Below, piece after piece: positions 1 through 11,200 of a stretch of 64,000 nucleotides of DNA. Numbering within the stretch: position 1 is the stretch's first letter; each line of letters opens with the position of its first letter. Origin of the DNA: Squalus acanthias (Eukaryota); contig JASTWF010000622.1 of assembly GCA_030390025.1 (NCBI GenBank), positions 1 through 64,000 on the forward strand, in the 5' to 3' direction. A program made the position numbers and the translations under genes. The notes beneath the pieces are model-generated. The model saw only the letters and a program-made list of their open reading frames with translations, was not told the DNA's origin and ran no database searches.

Positions 1-1
1 G

Positions 2-524
2 AACCCTTGGAAGGAGTCCAGGGATAAAAATCCCGCAGTCCGAGCCCAGGCGCCTGTCTCCGATAGGGGAGCTAGTGCACCTATCCATCCCGATGCGATC
101 GAATCAATGTTGGGAGCCATGCGGTCTCTTATGATTTCGCACGGAAAGGTAGCAACAGCCCCAGGCAACCCGGACTTCTCACTGGAACCGGTGCAGGCTG
201 CCTACCTGTGTCCTTTTAAAAGACACGCACAGGAGGGGGTCTCCCGTGAGGAGGCCAGGTTAAAAGAGCAGGCCTTGCGGGAGGAGAACGCCCTGCCTAA
301 TAGGGAAAGTAGACGGGCTAGAAGGACAGCTTAGAGAGCAGGCCCTGCGGGAGGAGAACGCCCGCTTAATGGGAAAGTTAGACGTGCTGGAAGGGCAGCT
401 TGGAGGGATAAAAGCAGCCTACAGGGTAGCCAGAAGCAGGGAGAATGAGGATTTAAATCAGTGCAAACTGTATAAGCCGGGTGCACAAGGGCCAACGGGC
501 GGCACTGTACAGTTATTAAGATGA
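2..524 (+). pseudogene. Disrupted coiled-coil ORF of the retroelement (5'-truncated by the window edge)
   Basis: Frame is open from base 2 to TAG at 332-334. A 70/69-bp tandem duplication (265-334, 335-403) encodes EQALREENARLMGKLDVLEGQL in copy 2, with indels in copy 1. The copy-2 frame ends at TGA 522-524. No integrase/RT motifs. Confidence 0.4.
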
Positions 525-740
525 GTGATATGTTTAGGATGAGTTTATAAGTTTGAGTTTATAGTTTTAAATCAGGTTAAGTCGGTAGTTTAATTTTGTT
601 TAACAGAAAGAGGTAAAATGATGGGAGTTTTTAGAGATAGGAATAGTTAAAGTCTATCCAGCGCACATGTCTTCTTACGTGAGGCGAGGTCAGGGGACCC
701 GCTCACCCTTCACAAAAGCCAGAGACTCTTGGGAGGCTGG

Positions 741-764
741 CTACCTCATTCTATCTGATCACAG
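741..764 (+). promoter_or_regulatory. Putative env splice acceptor
   Basis: Pyrimidine-rich CTACCTCATTCTATCTGATCACAG ending 13 nt before the env ATG at 778. Confidence 0.5.
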
Positions 765-777
765 GAACCAAGGAAGG

Positions 778-3129
778 ATGGAACGAATTCTAGTATTGCT
801 CGCGGCAATCGGATGTGGATTGGCCTATCGAGGCCGCACCAAGGATGTCGTGGTGTTTGGATGCTCCGGGGACACGGCCCCCATCGCGGTGGATGGGACC
901 GGAAGGCGAGAGGCTGAGGAGACCACCACCTATTTCCACAAGGGAAGGTGGCCAGGATGGCTGGGAACGAATTCAACTGAGTATTCCAGTACATCGGGTT
1001 TTGCCTACAAAGAGACTTCTTTAATGTGCCCCAAAGTGAGGATCATCGCACCCAGAGTCAGCGTCACCGTCGGCAAACGAATTTGTTTGACTTGTAATGG
1101 GAATGTCCCATTGAGCCGATGGTGGTGGCTACGAAAGCTGAGCAAAAACATGAGGAACTCTTCGGTCGATTGGGAGTGACTGGGTAATAATACCCATCGG
1201 ACAATTACGGGGACAAACGGACAAGTGAGAGTCTGTTGGGACAAATGGTGGGAACCGGATGAGGGAATTTATGTATGTATGTGGGGGTCAAAGCACGTTT
1301 GCCCCAAAGGCATCTCCATATTTTTCATCAATCAATGGCAGGATAACGGACAGGGGATGAGGTGGGATGCGAGCACCAGGGGGTGCGGAGCCCCATACTC
1401 CCCGATCCCGGTAAATGCCACTGAACTCATTACGCGCCCACGCAAAGCCCCACCCACGATTCCGGTGGTTCTAGCTAAGGAAGAAGGGTGCCCTAAAACC
1501 AGTAAGGGACCCGGGAATGGTTTGGTACTGGTCCCCACAGACCAGATACTATTTCAGGGAGTACATTACGCGGTGGCCTTGGTGATATTAAATCTCACCG
1601 AGGTGAGGTTACCAGAGTGGTGCCCCAAAAAGACGGAACAGTTATATCAGGTCCTGTTGACCAAGATGTTTAGACAATTTTATGAGTTCGATTTCGCGGA
1701 AATTGATAAAACAAGTTTGTACACCGCACCACATGAAGTTTTGGGTCAGGTGGGGAGGCAAAGAAGGGGTGTTGTGAACGACATGTTCACTGCTTTCAAT
1801 ACAGGTACATCTGTGGTCAACGCTCTAGACAGCGTGGAGCTGCAGACCCAGATTAATGGCTTAAAAACGCAATTAAAAAGCATTCTCACAGATGAAAATA
1901 AGGTGGTTGGGTCTGGGTTACACGAGGACCAGGCCATGACTCTCCATTTAAAAGAAATAATAGCTGAACTAGAGAAACATGCGCGTACGGTAAATGCCCT
2001 GATTAGGGAAGATTGGAATGCGTCCGATCAGGCTGCGCAGAATGAGGTGTGCGTGCTTTACGGGGCATGGTTACTGGGCGAGGGCCGCAGTAATTTGGAG
2101 GATTTAAAACAAGGTTTGGTCCCGTCCTGGATAAGTAACAAACACCTGCAGGCGCTCCACCCTTTTCAGAACGCATTAAACCCGTGCCAGCTCAGACTAG
2201 CTTCAGAAGCATACCCAGTCCCCGTGGACTGCGGACGATCAAACCATACCATCATGGGTATAGTATTACGTATGCCGGTTTTGGGCGACACAACAAAGCC
2301 CGCCCCGGTGTATCGGGTAGAGAACATTGGTGTCATTCAGGGGGGAGCCCACATTCGCTATGCAGCGGTTCCACCTTACGTCATCCGCTGGGAGCAAACG
2401 ATGACAGGTACAGATCTCTCTGGTTGTCGTGGCCGGGGAGCACACATAATACTGTGTCCCCAGCACTTGAATGCCTTTTTAACACCACAGTGCGGGTTCA
2501 GAACGGCTGGCGCCAAGCCCATGAATTGCACCATGGAGGCAATGGCACAAGATCATGTGCCTCCGCAGGTAGCATACATCGGGGGTGGAACATATTGTGT
2601 TACCACTGCAGCGCAACACTACCAACATGGAAACCGTAGCCGGTGTCCGGTGAGTGACAGCAGTTTCTGTTTTAAACCCAGGGCGGAAGTTCAAGTAGCA
2701 CAACAGCGAATTGTCCCGATCCCTGAACCATCCACGGTTCATCTTACCGTAAAAGAGAACTTCACCGACCTGCAGCGATTCGTTGCGCATTTCGGATACC
2801 TCATTCCCCCTCTCCCTGAACACCTCACCAAGCTTTTGAAAGCCGTAGCGATATCGCAAAAACATTTTTACACCCTAGAACAAAAGACTGTCGAGATAGG
2901 GACAGAAATTCTGGACATAGTGATTCCACCGTGGTGGAATCTGTTCACCAACATTGAAGTGCCTTCCTGGATTAGAATAGCCTCCCACATTTTAGTTGTA
3001 TGCCAAGTGTTTATTGTGATATACTTATTGGTCGTGCATTGTAAGAGAGGCAAACGCCTCACCAAGAATGAAAACACGGGAGAGTGGCGAGAACGTTACG
3101 TGCGCGTGCACGATGAAAGCACCGCGTAA
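778..3129 (+). pseudogene. env: Envelope/class I fusion glycoprotein (783 codons) with one in-frame TGA at 1177-1179: signal peptide, Ig-like domain, F2-like segment, furin site, fusion peptide/heptad, Cys-rich ectodomain, TM, short tail
   Basis: ORFs 667-1179 and 1225-3129 share a frame, separated only by one TGA. Features: MERILVLLAAIGCGLA signal; RQRR furin site at 1756-1767 followed by GVVNDMFTAFNTGTSVVNAL and a heptad; TM IASHILVVCQVFIVIYLLVVHC (~2977-3042); YVRV tail motif; several N-glycosylation sequons. Confidence 0.85.
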
Positions 3130-3570
3130 ACAGACAAAATGGCGTCACTCCAGTTTTCCACGTGCGCCTCGGAAGTGTTGTAATCGATCGTGATTTTTCT
3201 CAGAAACTGTAATTAAGTTTGGAACTCATGTTTAAGAGTTGATTTTGATTATTTTGGTTTGGTGTTGTTGAATATGATTGTTTGGGTGTTTTTGTTTTCT
3301 TTTTCCTTGAATAAAAAATATGCATATGCAGGTGGTGCGAGAGGCATCGGCTTGGTTACACCTGGAAGGAAAATACAAGTGGTGTAAGTTAAAGGCAAAT
3401 GCTGCCTACGGTGTTATAAGAATGTAGTTTTCCTGGGAAATAAGGACGACACGGAGACCCTAGATAGTTTTAAGTTATGGGAATTTTTGGATGTGGAGAA
3501 TCGAGATAATATTGCTCACCACAATGTTTTTGATACGATAAGCGGAGTTATTCGCATCAACAGGAGGGAC

Positions 3571-5241
3571 TGTAGAATTCGCAAAATTATCGCGATTTTA
3601 TAATATAAGAAGGAGACATAAAGTTTCGTACAAACAGCTTTATTTCAGCAGAATGCTGTCAGGTTTCAAAGCGGACACAAACAGCCTGTAAAATGGCCGC
3701 CACGCCTCGTGGCAGAACGTTCTAGACTTTCAATGAGCAGACAAGATGGCGTTCCAATAAACATTTGTGCAAGATCGTACAGGACTCAGCACATTTGAGA
3801 TAATTGACAAGACATGATGGGTTTGCATTTTATACATAAATACTGGAATCGGTCTCCCAGGTGCGAATAAGGGCTATTGTACCGAGTGATCAAGAACCCA
3901 TCCAAAGACATTAATATGCAAAATCCCCACGACTCTACGATGAGAGAGCCGTTTGCGGGTAGTTACAGAAGGCATTTGGAAGCCCCAAAACCCCTCCAGG
4001 GAGACTACTAGCCGGTTACACAATGGGAGAAGTATTAACAGGTACTCAGACAGTTACAAGTATCACCGAAACCCATTAAACGGAGATCACCCTATACAAG
4101 AAGTTTGAGTGCCAAAAACCTGACAAAAGATAGACATTAAGATTGGGCGGGAAAAGAGGAATTACAGCACTATAACTGTAAGGTACAACCGTCCATCTGT
4201 ATCTTGCCTCTTGCCTCTTTTGCCTCCTGCTACTCTTTCTGCTGACTGCTGTCTCTGCTTCTTTTTGCACTTGCTGCTCTGACTCGCTGGAAGACTGTTG
4301 AACTTTTATTCTCTTGCCTGACAGCTCTGGACTCTGATCCGCTAGGATCAACCTCGTGGCTTGCCGCGAAGATCTGTGTAGAACTGGGCTGTGAGGCCTT
4401 GAAACGGGCACACCATCCCGAGAAGTGGGTAAACGGTGTTGGAACCGAAGCCCCGAGATGAGATGAGATGAGATGAGATGAGAAGAGAAGAAGACGACAA
4501 TACGTATCGCCACGGTCAGTAAGCCCCGACCGCGCCTGTAAGTCGAATAAACATTTTTCCTTGCCCAGGAAGACCATTCTTTGAGTTTTACAAACTGGTG
4601 AAGGCACAGGAAGACTCTTTTTCGAGTAGTATCAGAACTCCGAGGACAACACAGATCTTCATGACAGCAGACAGTCCAGCCTGCTAGCCGGAGCAGAAAC
4701 GAGTAAACAAGTGGGGTACAGAGACCCCTGATCAGCACGTGGATAGTCAGGTGCTGCGGTAAAAACATCCGAGCAGAGTTTCGGAATTTTCCGACTTATC
4801 ACGAGTGCTGAGCATGAGTCTCGATCCTACAAATCTAATTTAGGACAGGTATTGATAGGGGAGGGTTTAAGTTTTAAGGATAAGTATAATGTGTGTCCCC
4901 TTTTACGATGTGTCATGCGCTCCTCGTTTCCCTAAAATTAGTTACATAACTGTGTGTAAGATTGTACTGTCATTAATCTGTGCTTATGACATGTATCTCG
5001 TAATCTTGAATAATATGCAATAAAGATTTTCCATTTCGCACTATTCAACCGGGTCTACCTGAGTTTTCTCTGCATTATTGCTCTCGCACCTAAGTCCAGT
5101 GTCAGAACCGTAAGGGCGAGTGGGTCGAACCACTCACAGGTGTCTAGTGTTACCAGGCTGGCTGGAGACCAGAACAGGCAACAAGGCCTAACCTCGCACT
5201 AGCACCCAGGCTAAGCACAGAGCCGCAGGTCACCCCTTACA
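3571..5241 (+). mobile_element. 3' LTR (~1.67 kb)
   Basis: Starts TGTAG immediately after the polypurine tract and ends TTACA (imperfect inverted termini). AATAAA at 5019-5024. Satellite resumes abruptly after CA. Confidence 0.75.
4455..4493 (+). repeat. (GAGAT)n/(GAGAA) microsatellite inside the LTR
   Basis: gagatgagatgagatgagatgagatgagaagagaagaag. Confidence 0.9.
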
Positions 5242-8200
5242 GCAGAGAAACACAAACTGGTGAGAGTGAGAGATAAACACAAACTGGGGGACAGAGAGAA
5301 ACACAAACTGAGGAAGAGAGAGAAAAACAAACTTGGGAGAGTGAGAGAAACACCAACTCGGGGAGAGAGGAAAACTCAAACAGGGGAGAAAGAGACACAC
5401 AAACTCGGGAGAGAGAGAGAGATACAAACAGGGGGTGGGAGAGAGAGAGAAACACAATCTGTGGAGGGAGAGAGAGAAACACAAACTAGGGATAGAGAGA
5501 GAAAGACAACCTGAGGGGGAGAGAGAGAAAAAAATACTGGGGAGAGAGAGAGAGAAACCCAAACTGGGGGAGGGAGAGATACACAAACTGAGGAGGAAGA
5601 GTGAGAGAAAAACACAAACTTGGGGAGAGAGAGAAACACAAACTGGGAGAGAGAGAGAGAATCTCAAACTGGGGAGAGCGAGAGAAATATAAACTGGGGG
5701 AGAGAGAGAAAGTCAAACTGGGGAGAGAGAGAGAAAAACAAACTGAGGGAGAGAGGGAGAATCATAAACTGGGGAGAGAGAGAGAAACACAAACTGGGGG
5801 AGAGAGATTAAAATAAACTGATGGAGAGGCAGAGAAACACAAACTGGGGAGCGAGAGAGAGAGAAACACAAACTGGGGGAGAGAGATTAAAATAAACTGA
5901 TGGAGAGGCAGAGAAACACAAACTGGGGAGCGAGAGAGAGAGAAACACAAACTGGGGGAGAGAGATTAAAATAAACTGATGGAGAGGCAGAGAAACACAA
6001 ACTGGGGAGCGAGAGAGAGAGAAACACAAACTGGGGGAGAGAGAGAAACACAAACTGAGGGAGAGAGAGAGAGAAAAACTATCTGGGAGGAAGAGAGAGA
6101 AACACAAATTGGGGAGAAAGAGAGAGTGAGAAACACATACTGGGGAGAGAGAGACAGAAACACAAACTGGGGGAGAGAGAGGGAAACACAATTAGGGGAG
6201 AAAGAGAGAGAAAAACATACTGGGGGAGACAGAGAGAGAGAAAAACAGAAACTTGGGGAGAGAGAGAGAAACATAAACTGAGGAGAGAGAGAGAAGCACA
6301 AACTGGGGAGAGAGAGAGAACCACAAACTGAAGGAGAGAAAGAGAATCACAAACTGGTGAGAGAGAGAGAAACACAAACAGAGGGAGAAAGAAAGAGAAA
6401 GAAACTGGGGGATAGAGAGGGAAATACAAATTGGGGAGAAAGAGAGAGAGACAAACACATACTGGGGGGAGAGAGAGACAGAAAAACCCAAACTGGGGGA
6501 GGGAGTGATACTGGGGAGAAAGAGAGAGAGAAAAACACAATCCTGAGGAGAGGAGAGAAATATAAAGTGAAGAGAGAGAGAAACACAAACTGGGGAGAGA
6601 GAGAAACACAAACTGGGGAGAGAGAGAAACACAAACTGGGGAGAGAGAGCAACACAAACAGGGAGAGAGAGAGGGAAACACAAATTGGGGAGAAAGAGAG
6701 AGAGAGAAACACCTACTGGGGGAGAGAGAGAAAAACACAAACTTGGGGAGAGAGAGAAACACAAACTGAGGGAGAGCGAGAGAGAGAAACAAACTGGGGG
6801 ACAGAGAGGGAAACACAAATTGGGGAGAAAGAGAGAGACAAATACCTACTGGGAGAGAGAGAGAGAAACACAAACTGGGGAGAGAGAGAAGCAAACTGGG
6901 GGAGAGAGAGAGAAACACAAACTGTTCAGAAAGAGAGAAACACAAACTGGGGAAGAGAGAGAAAGAAACACAAACTGGGGAGAGACAGAGAGAAACACAA
7001 ACTGGGGAGTGAGCAAGCGAGAGATACACAAACTGGGGAGAGAGAGAGACAAACACACACTGGGGAAGAGAGAGAGAGAAACACAAACTGGGGAGAGAGA
7101 GCAAAAAACAAACTGAGGGAGTGAGAGAGAACACAAATTGGGGAGAAAGAGAGAGAGAAACATCTACTAGGAGAGAGAGAGAAACACAAACTGGGGAGAA
7201 AGAGAGAGAGAAACATCTACTGGGAGAGAGAGAGAAACACAAACTGGTGAGAAAGAGAGAGAGAAACATCTACTGGGAGAGACAGAGAAACAAAACTGGG
7301 GAGAAAGAGTGAAAAACACAAACTTGGGGAGAGAGAGAAAAACGACAACTGGGGAGAGAGAGAGAAACACAAACTGGGGGAGAGAAAGAAACTCAAACTC
7401 GGGAGAGAGAGATAAAAACAAACTGAGGGAGAGAGAGAGAATCACAAACTGGAGAGTGAGAGAATAAACAAACTGAGGGAGACAGGGAGAATAACAAACT
7501 GGGGAGTGAGAGAGAAACACAAACTGGGGAGAGAGAGAGAAACACAAACTGGAGAGAGAGAGAAACACAAACTGGGGAGAGAGAGAGAACACAAACTGGG
7601 GGAGAGAGAAACACAAACTGGGAGAGAGAGAGAGAAACACAAACTGGAGGAGAGAGAGAAACACAAACTGGGGAGAGAGAGAGAAACACAAACTGGAGAG
7701 AGAGAGAAACACAAACTGGGGAGAGAGAGAGAAACACAAACTGGGGGAGAGAGAGAGAAACACAAACTGGAGGAGAAAAAGAGAGAAACACAAACTGGGA
7801 GAGAGAGAGAGAAACACAAACTGGGAGAGAGAGAGAAACACAAACTGGGAGAGAGAGAGAAACACAAACTGGGAGAGAGAGAGAAACACAAACTGGAGAG
7901 AGAGAGAGAAACACAAACTGGAGAGAGAGAGAGAAACACAAACTGGGGAGAGAGAGAGAAACACAAACTGGCGAGAGAGACACAGAAACACAAACTGGGG
8001 AGAGACAGAGAGAAACACAAACTGGGGAGTGAGCAAGAGAGAGAAACACAAACTGGGGTGAGAGTGAGAAACACAAACTGGGGAGAGAGAGAGAAACACA
8101 AACTGAGGGAGAGCGAATAATATAAACAGAGGGAGAAATAGAGAAACACAAACTGGGGGAGAGAGCGAGAAAAACAAACTTAGGAGAGCGAGCGAAACAC

Positions 8201-11200
8201 AAACTGGAGGAGAGAGAGCAATATAACCTGAGGGAGAGACAGAGAAACACAAACTGGTGAGAGTGAGAGATAAACACAAACTGGGGGAGAGAGAGAAACA
8301 CAAACTGAGGAAGAGAGAGAAACACAAACTTGGGAGAGTGAGAGAAACACCAACTCGGGGAGAGAGAGAAACTCAAACAGGCGAGACAGAGAGACACACA
8401 AACTCGGGGGAGAGAGAGAGAGATACAAACAGGGGGTGGGAGAGAGAGAGAAACACAATCTGTGGAGGGGGAGAGAGAAACACAAACTAGGGATAGAGAG
8501 AGAAACACAAATGGAGAGAGAGAGAGAAACACAAACTGGAGAGAGAGAGAGAAACACAAACTGGAGGAGAGAGAGAGAAACACAAACTGGAGAGAGAGAG
8601 AAACACAAACTGGGAGAGAGAGAAACACAAACTGGAGAGAGAGAGAAACACAAACTGGGGAGAGAGAGAAACACAAACTGGGGAGAGAGAGAAACACAAA
8701 CTGGGGAGAGAGAGAAACACAAACTGGAGAGAGAGAGAGAAACACAAACTGGGAGAGAGAGAGAAACACAAACTGGGAGGAGAGAGAGAAACACAAACTG
8801 GGAGAGAGAGAGAAACACAAACTGGGGAGAGAGAGAAACACAAACTGGGGAGAGAGAGAGAAACACAAACTGGAGAGAGAGAGAAACACAAACTGGGGAG
8901 AGAGAGAGAAACACAAACTGGGAGAGAGAGAGAATAAACAAACTAAGGGAGACAGGAGAATAACAAACTGGGGCGAGAGAGAGAAACACAAACTGGGGGA
9001 GAGAGATTAATATAAACTGAATTAGAGACAGAGAAACACAAACTGGTGAGAGAGAGAGAGAAAAACACAAACTGGGGGACAGAGAGGGAAACACAAATTG
9101 GGGAGAAAGAAAGAGACAAATACCTACTGGGAGAGAGAGAGAGAAACACAAACTGGGGAGTGAGAGAGAAACACAACCTGGGGGAGAGATAGAGAAACAC
9201 AAATTGGGGTGAAAGAGAGAGAGAAACAACAACTGGGAGAGAGAGAAACACAAACTGGAGAGAAAAAGAGACAAACACAAACTGGGGAAGAGAGAGAGAG
9301 AGAGAAACACAAACTGGTGAGAGAGACTAGAAACACAAACTGGGGAGAGAGAGAAACACAAACTGGGGAGTGAGCAAGAGAGAGAAACACAAACAGGGGT
9401 GAGAGTGAGAAACACAATCTGGGGAGAGAGAGAGAAACAAAAACTGAGGGAGAGAGAATAATATAAACAGAGGGAGAGATAGAGAAACACAAACTGGGGA
9501 GAGAGAAACATAAACTGGGGAGAGAAAAGAGAAACACAAACTGGGGAGAGAGAGAGAAAAACAAATTGAGGGAGAGAGGGAGAATAACAAACTGCGGAGA
9601 GAGAGAGAAACACAAACTGGGGGAGAGAGAAACATAAACTGGGGGAGAGAGAGAAACACAAACTGAGGGAGAGAGAGAGAAAAACAACTGGGAGGAAGAG
9701 AGAGATACACAATTTGGGGAGAAAGAGAGATGGAGAAACACATACTGGGGGAGAGAGAGAGAGAAGCAAACTGGGGGAGAGAGAGAGAAACACAAACTGG
9801 GGAGAAAGAGTGAAAACACAAACTTGGGGGGAGAGAGAGAAACACAAACTGTTCAGAAAGAGAGAAACACAAACTGCAAACTGTGGAAGAGAGAGAGAGA
9901 AACACAAACTGGGGAGAGACAGAGAGAAACCCAAACTGGGGAGTGAGCAAGAGAGAGAAACACAAACTGGGGAGAGAGAGAGACAAACACACACTGGGGA
10001 AGAGAGAGAGAGAAACACAAACTGGGGAGAGAGAGCGAAAAACAAACTGAGGGAGAGAGAGAGAATCACAAACTGGGGGAGAGAGATTAATATAAACTGA
10101 GGGAGAGACAGCGAAACACAAACTGGTGAGAGAGAGAGAAAAACACAAACTGGGGGAGAGAGAAAAACACAAACTGCGGGACAGAGAGAGAATAACCAAC
10201 TGGGAGAGAGAGAGAGAAACACAAACTGAGGAGAAAGAGACAGAAACACAACCTGAGGGAGACCGAGAGAGAGAAACAAACTGGGGGAGAGAGAGGGAAA
10301 CACAAACAGGGGAGAAAGAGAGAGAGAAACACCTACTGCGAGAGAGAGAGTGAAACACAAATTGGGGAAAGACAGAGAAACAAAACTGGGGAGAGACAGA
10401 GAGAAACACAAACTGGGGAGAAACAGTGAAAAACACAAACTTGGGGAGAGAGAGAAAAACGACAACTGGGGAGAGAGAGAGAAACACAAACTGGGGGAGA
10501 GAAAGAAAGTCAAACTCGGGAGAGAGAGATAAAAACAAACTGAGGGAGAGAGAGAGAATCACAAACTGGAGAGTGAGAGAATAAACAAACTGAGGGAGAC
10601 AGGGCGAATAACAAACTGGGGAGAGAGATTAATATAAACTGAGGTAGAGACAGAGAAACACAAACTGGTGAGAGAGAGAGAGAGAGAAACACAAACTGGG
10701 AGAGAGAGAGAAACACAAACTGAGGGAGAGAGAGAGAGAATAACCAACTGGGAGGATGAGAGAGAAACACATACTGGGGAGAGAGAGACAGAAACACAAA
10801 CTGGAGGATAGAGAGAAAACACAACCAGAGGGAGAGCGAGAGAGAGAAACAAACTGGGGGACAGAGAGGGAAACACAAATTGGGGAGAAAGAGAGAGAGA
10901 AATACCTACTGGGGAGAGAGAGAGAAACACAAACTGGGGAGAGAGAGAGAAACACAACCTGGGGGAGAGATAGAGAAACACAAATTGGGGTGAAAGAGAG
11001 AGAGAAACAACAACTGGGAGAGAGAGAGAAACACAAACTGGAGAGAAAAAGAGACAAACACAAACTGGGGAAGAGAGAGAGGGAGAAACACAAACTGGTG
11101 AGAGAGATTAATATAAACTGAATTAGAGACAGAGAAACACAAACTGGTGAGAGAGAGAGAGAGAAAAACACAAACTGGGGGACAGAGAGGGAAACACAAA

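Larger units (their letters stand above)
1..5241 (+). mobile_element. 3' portion of an env-bearing LTR retroelement/endogenous retrovirus (lokiretrovirus-like or errantivirus-like); 5' part lies outside the window
   Basis: Env-like ORF with splice acceptor, then 3' UTR, purine tract CAGGAGGGAC (3561-3570), then a TG...CA-bounded LTR (3571-5241) that abuts the satellite. Confidence 0.85.

Noticed and set aside
1177-1179. Selenocysteine recoding of the env TGA
   Set aside because: No SECIS could be identified by eye and the position is not a redox-type Cys site.
4076-4768. 230-aa and 125-aa antisense ORFs in the LTR
   Set aside because: No recognisable motif, they run through a microsatellite, and nothing supports them as accessory genes.
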